Source of the DNA: Octopus vulgaris | Lineage: Eukaryota | Length of the DNA stretch: 64,000 nucleotides | Assembly (NCBI GenBank): GCA_951406725.2 | Contig: OX597816.1 | Span: 174,530,001 to 174,594,000 of the forward strand | Direction of reading: 5' to 3' | Shown here: in pieces, positions 45,730 to 58,000 of the stretch | Position numbering within the stretch: the stretch's first letter is position 1 | Layout of the letters: each line of letters starts with the position of its first letter | The notes under the pieces: generated by a model | What the model was told of the DNA's origin: nothing | Database searches by the model: none | Seen by the model: only the letters and a program-made list of their open reading frames with translations | Made by a program: the position numbers and the translations under genes

Positions 45730-45880
45730 TATATATATATATATACACACACATATATATATATATATAATACATATATACATATGCATATATATGTATG
45801 TATATATATATATATATATATATCTACTATATAAACACACAAATATACACATATATACAACAGTCTTCTTTCAGTTTCTG

Positions 45881-46120
45881 TGAAAGAAGACTGTTGTATA
45901 TATGTGTATATTTGTGTGTGTGCGTCTGTGTTTGTACCCCCACCATTGATTTACAACCGATGTTGCTTTGTTTACATTCCCACAACTTAATGGTTCAGCA
46001 AAAGACACTGACAGAATAAGTACTAGGCTTACAAAGAATGAATCCTGTGGTTGATTTGTTCGGCCAATGGTGCTGCCCCAGCGTGGCTGCAGTCACATGA
46101 CTGAAACAAGTAAAACAATA
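45881..46120 (+). mobile_element. 5'-truncated SINE family A with fold-back inversion
   Basis: 3' half of SINE A, preceded by a perfect 39-bp inverted copy of its start. Confidence 0.8.
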
Positions 46121-46149
46121 AATAGCTATATCATTTTAATCCCAAACAA

Positions 46150-46183
<34 letters not shown>

Positions 46184-47739
46184 GATCTTGCATGCATAAA
46201 GTAGATTCGATCCACTATAGCCAAATTTAAATTAACACTGCAACAGAACTTTTCCTACGATGGAACAATGGTTTTTCTCTGACAGCAATTTTACATTTTC
46301 CAGATGCCTTTAGCTAGGCTGAAATAATGTCTTCACCACTTGACCCTTTCTAACCTCTTCTACTTCACCAAAAGCTAGAATAGAGATAACAAGACCACCA
46401 ACTAAATCTATTGTTTTCAATGATATATCTATCCTTCTGGATAGTTATATAAGCAAGCATACCCCAAACAAAAATCAGTTAGCCACCAACCGGTGACGAC
46501 TCTACCAAGTTTGTCACATCGTGACAACTCAATTAGTTGGGGAACGGACTGCTAGAATCATGATCACAAGGAATACACCTACAAAAGATAATGGTCTGCG
46601 AGAGAAATGAAAATTATTGTCAGCAACTGTGCAACAACACCTACAATTCTCTCTAGCTCTAATTCTGCTCTCTTACAACATCATTCTGACTCTTTATTTA
46701 CTACTAAACAATGAAGAGGATACAAACACAAACTTTACTTATACTTTTGGATTTATCACAACCTGCCCGTCGAGGCTAGGTATTGTAATGTAACGGTAAA
46801 TAAATACTTTCTTAAAACTTCATGCATTATTCATTTTTCACATCTTACAACATGCAATCATAACAATAACATTTCAACGTTGCAATTGCTGACTACGACA
46901 ATTCATAATATTGTGTACCAAATCAATCAAATCCGTTACATGTATGTATGTATGCATATGTGTGTGTGTGAGAGAGCATAATTATAGATTGGTATCAATC
47001 TACAGGTTTTGTTTCCTCATGAAATTTTGTAGGGACACGTTTTTGAAGGTGTAGATTAGAATAATGTTGATGGGAAATGCTCTATAAACAACATTCTCGA
47101 AAAATTTCGGCAAAATGTCATTCTAAGAAATACATTTTAAAGATAATTACGAGGAAACAAAACCGGAGATTGGGGATTGTACGGAAACTTCTAAAAAAAA
47201 TTGTTATGAGCATAAAAGTACTCTACATCCTTGAAAATGTATCGCTGCAAAATTTCATTAAAAGACATTATGTTGAAAAGTTATGAGCAAACGAATTCAG
47301 GTGTATGTCCTGTTTTTAGGTGCAGCTCTCTATTATTATATTGAGTGACAATGAACTTGATATATTTAGCTAACCTAGTGAACTGCTGAAAAAGTGCAAC
47401 TAAGTACGTTGACGTTTTGTGAGGGTCAAGATGTAATTCGGCGAAAAGAAGTCGATGACAAGATCAGGAGTGTTTAAATGAAAGTAAACCCAATAAAAAC
47501 CGAACTGACAATATAACAGTTATTGCAATATTACTAGACTTGTTAGAAATAGCAGTCAAATATCCCTGAAATCACATTCTAGAGTCTTAAAAGGAGAAGA
47601 TTTAGATTCACTTTGCCTAAATATAAAAGACAGGATGAACATCGTTGATGCCCAGAGCTAAAAAAGAAATGTTATGACGTTGTTTTGTCATAGAATAACT
47701 TCTGACAAACATGAACTTCAGGTGTTTTATTTGTAAAGT

Positions 47740-47937
47740 TTGTTTATAGTTTATATATTTTAAAACTGGAGTGAAACGAAACGAAACGAAACTTTTTTGC
47801 GGCGGCGCATTTACAAAGAAGAGCGTGTGGAAGCGTAGTAATCCGCCGGTCGAAAGTGCTTTTAACCATCAACTCTGACCTGCGACGTTTTGCATTCAGC
47901 GTTTCCCCCACGAAAAGGAGCACGTGCATTCGCCAAG
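47740..47937 (+). promoter_or_regulatory. vasa promoter / 5' UTR (CpG-rich)
   Basis: Sharp CpG enrichment, (GAAAC)4 and TTTGCGGCGGCGC just upstream of the ATG exon. Confidence 0.5.
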
Positions 47938-47945
47938 ATGGCACG
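47938..47945 (+). CDS. DDX4: vasa exon 1, coding part (ATG GCA CG)
   Basis: gccaagATGG Kozak-like context and |gtgagt donor; phase 2 joins the next exon to give MARGRGRG. Confidence 0.7.
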
Positions 47946-48326
47946 GTGAGTAACTTTCTCTTGTTTTTTCGCTTCTTTTCTGTCCATTAAACACTCTTTT
48001 TAATTGTGTAGGTCGGCTAAAACTGTTCAGTTTGTTTCGTTTTGTGCATTGCTTTTCTGCTTATAGGAAAAAAAAATGTTTTGAGACATTTAATGGTCAT
48101 GTTTTTCCCATTCAACAGTCCCATGTGCTGTGGGAACCTTCGTACAGGTTTCTATGTCGTGAACGCACTTGTTAACATTCTGAGGATATTTATTATATGT
48201 GTTGTATTACCTTTTATATTAAATACAAACGTATATTGATTTTTATAAATACATCCATTTCTAATGCATCGTTATGAATACGTATCGTAGTTCTCGCAAG
48301 CAAACTACTTAGTGTGTATATATATA

Positions 48327-48367
<41 letters not shown>

Positions 48368-51300
48368 ATATATGTATGTGTGTGTGTATATATATGTATG
48401 TGTGTGTATATATATGTGTGTATATATATATGTGTGTGTATGTATATATATGTGTGTGTATGTATATATATGTGTGTGTATGTATATATGTGTATGTATA
48501 TATGTGTGTATGTATATATGTGTATGTATATATGTGTGTGTATGTATATATATGTGTATGTATGTGTATGTGTATGTATATGTGTGTGTGTATGTATATA
48601 TGTGTATGTATATATATGTGTATGTATATATATGTGTATGTATATATGTGTATGTATATGTGTGTGTGTATGTATATGTGTGTGTGTATGTATATGTGTG
48701 TGTGTATATATATGTGTGTGTATGTATGTATATGTGTGTGTATATATATGTGTGTGTATGTATGTATATATATATATGTGTGTGTATGTATGTATATATA
48801 TGTGTGTGTGTGTGTATGATGTATATATAAAAGTTTTATTTCATATTATCTTCTCACATATTAACATTCCAATCAACATATTGTTTGTTCGGTACAAGAC
48901 ATACATTTTACTGCCTTTATTTTTTAGATAAATTTTTAATGCTTCCACCACTAACAACGCCTTTTATTGTGGCGGGAATCGTACACGAAACTGGCCTTAT
49001 GTTGTTAGAAATGCTAAGCAAGAAATGCTGTAGCAAAACCTCCAGGTGATTAAATATCAACGGGACACTTTGAGAGCGGATCATTTCTCTGTTGGCTTTC
49101 TTACTAGTCACAAATATATATTATTATTATTATTATTGTATTGAGTTCTCGTTTAAACTCCATCCCCAAATTTCTATCGTGTTGTGTGTCTGTGTGTATG
49201 AATTTTGAAATTTTACGACAGCCTCAAGTATCAGATCTAGAAGAGAACCTGTTCGTATTTTTGTAAAGGATGAAGCTTCAAGTAAACAATCGAAACAAAT
49301 TGAAGTCCAATTTTGTTCGATATGTCGTGTAAGGACACATCCTTTGTGATACCTGTTAGATTATTTTTAAGACTGTCTTGAAAGAAAGAAAAAAAAAATA
49401 GCGGAAGATCTTGGCTTATTTTGGATTTGTGTCAGTGAGAGGTGGTTTACCGTCTTTGAGAATTTCATGTATGATGGAAAGCAAAAATAAGTCGTAAAAA
49501 GGAATTTTAATTTGTCTCCCTTCTGAAGGCAGTAATTAATATTTTGGTGAAAGTCTTTGAATTTGGCGGATCATTTTTTGAAAGCACGTGGCGTCACTTT
49601 TCTGACTTATATCTGCTTTAATAATTATCGTTAAACATTTTATTCTAAAAACTTTTATAGATTCGTTCAGCTTTATTTTTGGGATAAGGAAACGAGTACC
49701 TAAATCCATTTTCAGGTTTCAACTTTTCAGAAATTCTTCCCCCGTTACTTACAACTTCCAGACGTTTTGCTTCTGCGACGTCATTGATTTTTACAACGTG
49801 CAGATGTCTTTCACACGTCATCTTATCTTTTTTTCGCGTCTGCCTAAGGTAGATATGAAAGATATTAAATCTGTGAAAGATTGCCTATCATTATCATACC
49901 TCCAAAATGTCAAAATCAACACACATTCTGGGTTTGTTGAGCGTTTGTGGATTTTTGTTATAGAAAGGAGCATATATACATATATATATATATACATATA
50001 TATGCGTATGTGTGTTTGTGTGTCTGTTTGTCTCCCTAGCATTGCTTGACAACCGATGCTGGTGTGTTTATGTCCCCGTCACTTAGCGGTTCGGCAAAAA
50101 GAGACCGATAGAATAAGTACTGGGCTTACAAAAGAATAAGTCCCGGGATCGAGTTGCTCGATTAAAGGCGGTGCTCCAGCATGGCCGCAGTCAAATGACT
50201 GAAACAAGTAAAGAGTTAGAGAGAGGCAAAGTTTTTCTTCTCAGCAAATGCTTTTGAATTGTAATAAGATCATGGAACGGTACAACAAGTGAAGCACCTC
50301 AAATGATTTAGTTATGGTGCTTTTGCTTTTTTAAATTTCAGTTTCAACAGAAATTATCTTTCTTTGATGTCTTTTTGTGTCATAATTTTCAATAAATTGT
50401 CTCTGGTTCACCAGTCAAAACATTTACTTCAGGTTGTTGTCGGAAATGTTTTTGTTTTCCCTCTCGTTGTTGACCTTTTCCCACAACTCATTCTATTTAT
50501 AGTAAATGAAACTGAACGCAACAATTTCAGTTTTACTTGGTCTATTTTTATCGGTGGTTTTTTCCATTTTCTGCCATTGACGTTTTTATAAAGTGAAATA
50601 TGAAAAGGAAAACAAGGTATCTCTTAATATATTTCAATTTTATCAATCTTTTGTGGATCCCAAAGTTTCATTCAACTGTTGTTTCTAAATCCTCAACTAT
50701 CACAAAATTCAATTTTTGGGTTTATATTTATATTAGTAAAATAATTGTCGAGATTATTAGTAAAATAATTGTCAGATTGTCGAGTTAACTTATCTAATGG
50801 TGTTCCTACCATGGAAGGAGGACAGTACATAGCAATTTTTTATTAATTTTTTTGGCAGAATTCTACTTTATGCACGGCATATAACCCCTCGTAGAGAAGA
50901 GTGGGGTTAGACTGATTTTGCCTCTAACTCCACTCTTTATGAATTTGAATTTCGTATACACTAGGGATAGGGCCTATATGATCACTTCTGATCTTACCCA
51001 TTCACCGACCGGTGAACAGGTCCCGAAAAAGTGAATGGATCTAATATAAATTCTTGTAACACAGCCTTTCTAAAGGTACCAAAAAGCCAAAGGTTGTGGC
51101 AAATTAGCGCTACTACCTAAAGCGAGTATGAGTAACATATCAGTTAGTGATATGAAAAACAAATGATTTGAGCATAAAATTTTATTCTAAAACGTGCAGT
51201 CCAGTTATTTAACAGCTGTTAAAATTTTTGCTTTCAAAAATGAAGAATTTTCAATTTTTTTTTTTCAAATTACTTCTGTATGATATATATTTTGTTATTT

Positions 51301-54300
51301 TATTGAATAGGGGAAGAGGTCGAGGACTTGCTTTCTTAGACTTCAATGAAAATGACAAAGTTACCAAACATTCAATTCCGCCTCCTTCCTCTGGCCAGTT
51401 TGATGACGAGTGTTGGGACGATGACTATTCTGTAAATAACAATGTCACCAATGGTAACTGTGATAACAGCAGCAGCCCTTTATCAAATGCTACCTTTTAC
51501 AATAATGTCCCAGTGAATAGTCACTCTGATTCAGTACCAAAAAAATTTTGGAGGCCAGACCAACAGAGAAAGCAGCCTGGTTGTAGAGGTTTCAGAAACC
51601 TGAATGCTGGGACGAGGAGAGACTCACCTAGTCCATCAATCAATAATTCAGAGGAAGATTGGAACTCTGATGCTGAACAAGAAAACAGTAAGTTTTTTTT
51701 CTAAAAAAAATTCTTTAAATGATTGTTTTAGCAGTGTCAGTCCTTGTTTGTCACCTTTACAATACTTATACTGCTTGAGAAAGTGATCTTGCAATCTTAA
51801 TAAAAATTTGTCTCTAAAAGCTACAATAATATGAACAAGTGGATGAAAATTACGTTTTTCTTTTTAAATTTTGAGGCTTAAAATAGCATATTCAAGTCAT
51901 TTATTTATTCTACTGGTGTAGGTTTTGTTTCTTAGGACATAAGTACTGTATCAGTGTGTAGTTATGCATCAGACTTCATTAAAGAGGTCGGGATACATCT
52001 AATCAATAGAAACTATTTTGATTATGCTAGCATGGATTTTCATTTCAAGGTGTCCAGTGTCTCCAAGTTAATCTACATTATGTTTGGACAACCAGCTTCA
52101 GTATGGGCATACTTTAGCTTCCATAGTAGTAGGTCACTTGCCAGCTCTTGTTTAGCTCACCTGCAATGTCCTGCAAAGCACAAATGCCTTTCCCTATTAA
52201 TGTTGGAAACAAGCAGATTTCCATACAGCTGTTTCTTGGTGGGATGAGTTCCCTAAAATATGTAAGATGTAAGCTCCAACCAGCTTGGATTCCAGTTTTT
52301 TTGGTAAGCATCCAGGCTGTTGCATAGACAAGTCCAACATCACATGCAACCAATTCTAGGCACTGAATTGGTTGGAGTTTTTAATATTGTGTCAGAGAGC
52401 AAGGCTAAATCCTCAGCATAATCTACATAGGTTATTTTTTGAGCTGGATGTCCAATTGATTTTCTTCTTGTGAGTGTGAAGCTGAGGCTGTGAAGTGATG
52501 TTCCGAGGACATAATCCAGTTAGATTTGTGTAGACTAGGTACAGGTATTGTCCTTGGGGAAAATGTGTAATGTTTGTGGAATGCATGGAGAAAAAACGTG
52601 TAAACTGAACTGAAGCATGGCAGGTTAAGCAAGGTAAGTAATTATTCTAAAATACTTTTCAGAAGTTTTATCATTTGTATTTGATATGGTTTTAGGTAGA
52701 ACTTCTAATGGTACAGCCAAAAGGTGGCTAAGATTGAAGATCTGGTAAGTTTTTCTGGCTACTTATGTGAAGTGGCTTCAGGTTTATTGTGCATGATTTA
52801 CTGAGTGGATGTTGTGACTCATTCTTGAATTGATTAGAAACAAGTATAAGTAGTGCTACTAGAGTAAAAGTTGGGTTAAGATTGATGTGCCATCTAGTTA
52901 ACGACACACCATATATTGAATATATTCTCTCTCCTCCCTCCTGTTGTCTGGGTTATTACAACATTTTAGGCCATTTTACATTGTCAGTAATTTTGCCGTT
53001 GGCTCATACTCATATTGTTTATTACTTAACTCTGATTTAGAGCACATGTCACCACAAATAATGTTGACTGCTACTAGTTAATTGGTGGTATGGTAGGAGT
53101 TACTGGGAAGAGTGACAGTCTTGTACCCTGTGGTACATTAGCATCCATAAGCTTGTTTAACCCTTTTGTTATGGTACTTCTTTTGATATGCTCTGTGTTT
53201 CTTTCAATTAATTTTAAACATAAAATATTTAGTAAAATAATTTAGTTATCGTTAAGCTATTGTTAGGAACATAAACTGGGACTAAGGTTTGGAAGATTTT
53301 AATTCAGAACTTATGCTAACAAGACATTTGTACTATAGAGCCAGAGGTGGTTTCAGCCGGATGGGTATGGAAAGGGTTAAAGATTTAACATTCAGATTAC
53401 CATGTCAAATGTAATGCTTATTTATTCACACTTAGAATTAATCATACATTATCATGTAGCTTTGCGATTTCAGCGATGTTTTGTTTGCCTTTAGAATGAC
53501 ATAGTAGAGTAGTTGCAAGAGCTCTAATCTGGTCAATTTCAACACAAATCTGGTAGAATATTTGGTCCCGATATAGCTGGTTTGAATGCTAAAGGGTGAA
53601 TGCTTTCAGAATACCTCTTTGCATGACTGAATGTAGGAACTGAGCACATTATGAATGCTTTGTAAATTCTTTAAGTTCATGGTCAGGATTGTCTCAGTAA
53701 CGACTTCTATAAGTGTCAACCTTTAAGATATTAAGTGGAATAGTTGGAACTTCTTGCTCTTGTAATAACATTATCAGTTCCCCTTAGATTAGTTTGTCTA
53801 AGGTACCCTTGCAATTCATTTGAGGTGACTTCTTCAACCTCTACATCATTTGCCTATGTTTGTCAAAGTATCTTGAACTTCATGGTTGACTTTGTGCTGT
53901 TGGAAATCAGTTTTGTCATGTGTTTTGCCAAACACCATAGCTGAAGCTTTTAATTAAGTATGTTATCCACAGCATACATAATATTGAATTTTTTTTCCGT
54001 AAGTTCCTAACTGTTGGTTTAATCTTCTCTCTTTAATGAGTTGTTTCAAAGTTGTTTTCTGAAAGTAATCCTTGGCGGTAGCTATCACACCTTGATATGT
54101 TGGCTGGAACAAAGAAATTGTATATTCCATTTTTTAGAAGGATCATTTAATTTGTCTGGGTTGCTTGGAACATTATCCAAAAGGTGCAGTATTTTGTTGA
54201 AAACATGCCCAATGCAATCCCCTACAGCAAGGCAAAAGCATTTATAAAACAGCCATGGTCATTGATTTCAATTGTAACCTTTAGCACTGATAATTTCACT

Positions 54301-55011
54301 GATCATTTTAATGTGAAAATTAAGGTTCCTCTTCATGATTTCAGACAGGCCTTTACTAACAAGAAAATTTGCACTTTCTACTTCATGTAAATTTTCATAC
54401 AAACTTTTAACTTTTGCCTGAACCACCCATCTGTTTGTTAACCTATACAATCAAGAGCTCTATTTTAAGCTTCACTTCTGTAATATTGCTGTTTTGCATT
54501 AAATCATTGTATAACATCAAGTTTATGTTCAGTGTAATTCCTTTGACTCATTTATGCATGTGCTGCCTTTATTTCCACTTGGTTTCTTTCCAATAATTTT
54601 AAGGGTAATGTATTGTACCATATCCATTTCACCAAAAATTAATTCCTAAAAGCATTTTGTCTGTTTATACATGCTGGGCCCTGCCTTGTGGAGTATCGCC
54701 CTCATTTTATCCTTAACCCCCCCCTCCTCTACAATCCCTTTTCAGTATATATGCCCCCCATTCTTTGTGCTACCAGTTAGTTATACCCCCACTGCTAGAA
54801 CTACTCTCTTTTTTACTCTTTTACTTGTTTCAGTCATTTGACTGCGGCCATGCTGGAGCTCCGCCTTTAGTCGAGCAAATCAACCCCGGGACTTATTCTT
54901 TTGTAAGCCCAGTACTTATTCTATCGGTCTCTTTTGCCGAACCGCTAAGTGACGGGGACGTAAACACACCAGCATCGGTTGTCAAGCAATGCTAGGGGGA
55001 CAGACACACAC

Positions 55012-55066
<55 letters not shown>

Positions 55067-58000
55067 CATACATATATACGACAGGCTTCTTTCAGTTTCC
55101 GTCTACCAAATCCACCCACAAGGCATTGGTCGGCCCAGGGCTATAGCAGAAGACATTTGCCCAAGATGCCACGCAGTGGGACTGAACCCGGAACCATGTG
55201 ATTGGTTAGCAAGCTACTTATCACACAGCCACTCCTGCGCCTACTTCGATTCCTGATTCTCATTTTTTACTTTCTCTCACTGTTTTCACTGATCACTTTC
55301 CTTCTCTGTCTGTTGTTATCCTCCTCACATCTGCCATATTTCATCTTAACACCTCTTGTATTTGCTTTCAATCTCAATACCCTCGTATCTTCCTTCACTA
55401 CAGCTACCCTTATCTACCTCTATATCTTCCTCCCCAATGCTCCTATTCCCTGCTCATCCCCAAGCAGCTTCTTTCTCTCCCTGCCAAGCCATACCTCTAT
55501 CTCATTGACTACATTCACCTCTCCTTCATCTCTGACCTGTCCCTCTCTCTTATGTTTGTAATTCCACCCACTCCTTCCACCTCTAGCCATATCCTCTCTT
55601 ATGCTCAGCTACAGTTTGCTGGATCCTGTCAAACTGTCCAACCTGTGCTTGTGTGAAAAATGGACATTAAATCATGATTTACTATTTCACTCTATCGTTA
55701 AATGACATTGTTACTTTTATAACAGTTGCTGTTTTCATTGCAAATTAAACTGATTTAAGAAAAAAATTCTTTACTCTTTTGAACATGGTTTGATGCTAAA
55801 ATAATCGTTTTTCTTTTTCTCTCTAGAATACCATAGTCGAAAGGAGTCCAAATTCAGGTACAGCTCATTTTAAATATTCATTTTAATTCCATTAGTCAAT
55901 TTTTAATGAAATTCTAACACTTGTCTAATTTGTAATTCTAGTTCTAGAAGAGACCAAGGTGACAGTAATCAAAGTAGACCAGGTCAGTTTTTGCACTTTA
56001 AACATTTGTTATTCTCTGATATTTTAAGCCTATCAGACTATTTTTTCAGGATTTTGATATTAACCCTTTCGTTACCAAACCGCCCAAAGCCGCCCGAAAA
56101 AAATTTTGGTTAATGTCACCAAATCCGCCCGAATTTAAATGAGAATATCAGAGCAAATCTCTTTAGTACATTCGTGAAAACACGTATTATACTTTGTAAA
56201 CAGTTCAACTACAGTTTTGTACAATAATCGAAGTGTAATTTTAATTCTGTGAATTTTGGGAGATTTTTTTTCCGAAATTTGTTCCTATTGTGTTTTCAAA
56301 ATTTGTAATTCTGACAAAAAATGGATACGAATTTCATTATATCAAGCAGCGAGTCAGAATTCGAAGGATTTTCTACTGAAGACCTTGATAAATCTAACTC
56401 TATGACTGAAAAAAAAACCACGTTGTATTTGATAATGAATCTGAGGTTTCATTTTCCGAAAGTGAAAACAGTGAATCCGAGAGCTCCGACAGCAATAAAG
56501 AAAATGAATTGGCACCTGAATGGAGTGAAAATTTAAAAACTGTTTCTTTCGGTGATTTTTCTGAAGAAACTGGACCAAGCCACAGACTTTCCCAGAAGAG
56601 TAAAGCCTTAGACTATTTCTTTTTACTTTTTCGAATGAGCCTATTTGAAATCATTATGGCAGAAACGAACCGTTACGCTAAATGTAAACAAAACGAAAGA
56701 ATCAATAGTTTGTGGTTTCCCACAACCTTAAATGAAATTAAGACTATTTTGCCATAAATATTATTATGGGTATCAGAAAGTTGCCCAGAATAACAAATTC
56801 TATCGTAAAATTTTCTTGTATACCCAATTGAATATTAGCTAATAACCCATTTTCTATAGCGATGTTTGAACAAAATTTTAATAATTTTATATCTTGTTGA
56901 ATTTACCTGTATCTACCTGCAATTAGTCATTTTGTGACAAAAATTATAGTATAGAATTGGTTGAGAATATTTCATTAAATTATCTTCCAAAAATCAGATT
57001 AATATATTGATAAATAAAAAAGTTATAGTTGTTTAACCCTTTAGTGTTCAAACCGGCCATATCCGGCCAGAATTAATTCCCCTTTATTTGTTCAAACCGG
57101 CCAAATCCGGCCGTAAATGACCACTCTACGAAATCGCTAAAAAATAAACAAATCACGTTATTAAATTCTCATAGCTTTGAGATAATGCAAGATGAAGCCT
57201 TTCCCGCCTTTATTCAAGTATAAATACTGTGAAATTGTTTCGACCACATGGTTATTTCCACGTGTGAAGAGAACTGTATACGTTTGTTGTGAAAAAAATG
57301 GCGTCAGCAAGTAGCGATTCCGATTTTGAAGGCTTTACCATTGATGATGTTGAAGATATCAACGAAAACAAAAGTCTTTTGACTTGGGATGAGTCTGATA
57401 TTGATATCAGCGATTATTCGTCGGACGAAGAAAATTTCGATGACGAAAGTGAAGAGAATGAAAGTGATGAAAATGATAGTGTAAACAAGGCAACATGGTC
57501 GAAAATTACGACACCAGTAACAATTTCTGATTTTACAGAAAACACTGGTCCACAACATGATTTACCTCCTGATGCTCAACCACTGGATTATCTACGTATT
57601 TTCATGAATGTGCTGAAATTCTCATTAAAATATGAATAGGTTATTACAGCTGTTTTGGGACAGTTTAGTAAAATTAACCAAACTTTTTCTCTAGCAGTTT
57701 TAGACTGTTTGGTATTGAAAGCGTTAAACAGTTCTCTCATTTTTAGATTTAATGTCTACCCTGGTGAGCTGCTTGGTTTTTTTATTCAACATTCACTCTT
57801 CAAATGCATTAATGTATTGATGTGTCCTCCTAAACATAGACCAATTCTTTTGGCACCTAGTTTTTTTCCTCAACAATCTACATTTTGTGTTTTTTACAAT
57901 TGATGTTGCCCATTCAAAAAAGTCAGCTAGTTGCACTTGCTATATATCTACCTTTTCCGTCTAATCAGCACAGTCATGTTCAGCAAATTACTGATCGATT

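Noticed and set aside
46177-46219. Short inverted repeat tatagtggatc...gatccactata beside a (TA)n tract
   Set aside because: The arms are only ~11 bp and there is no second copy in the window, which is too little to interpret.
48312-48931. Long overlapping ORFs rich in Y/V/C/M/I (also 212-772, 45409-46019 and 59716-60234)
   Set aside because: They are translations of TA/TG/CA microsatellites, which lack stop codons by composition.
57289-57639. Acidic 116-aa ORF as a domesticated PGBD gene
   Set aside because: Only the transposase N-terminus is present; it is truncated before the catalytic core and embedded between TIRs.
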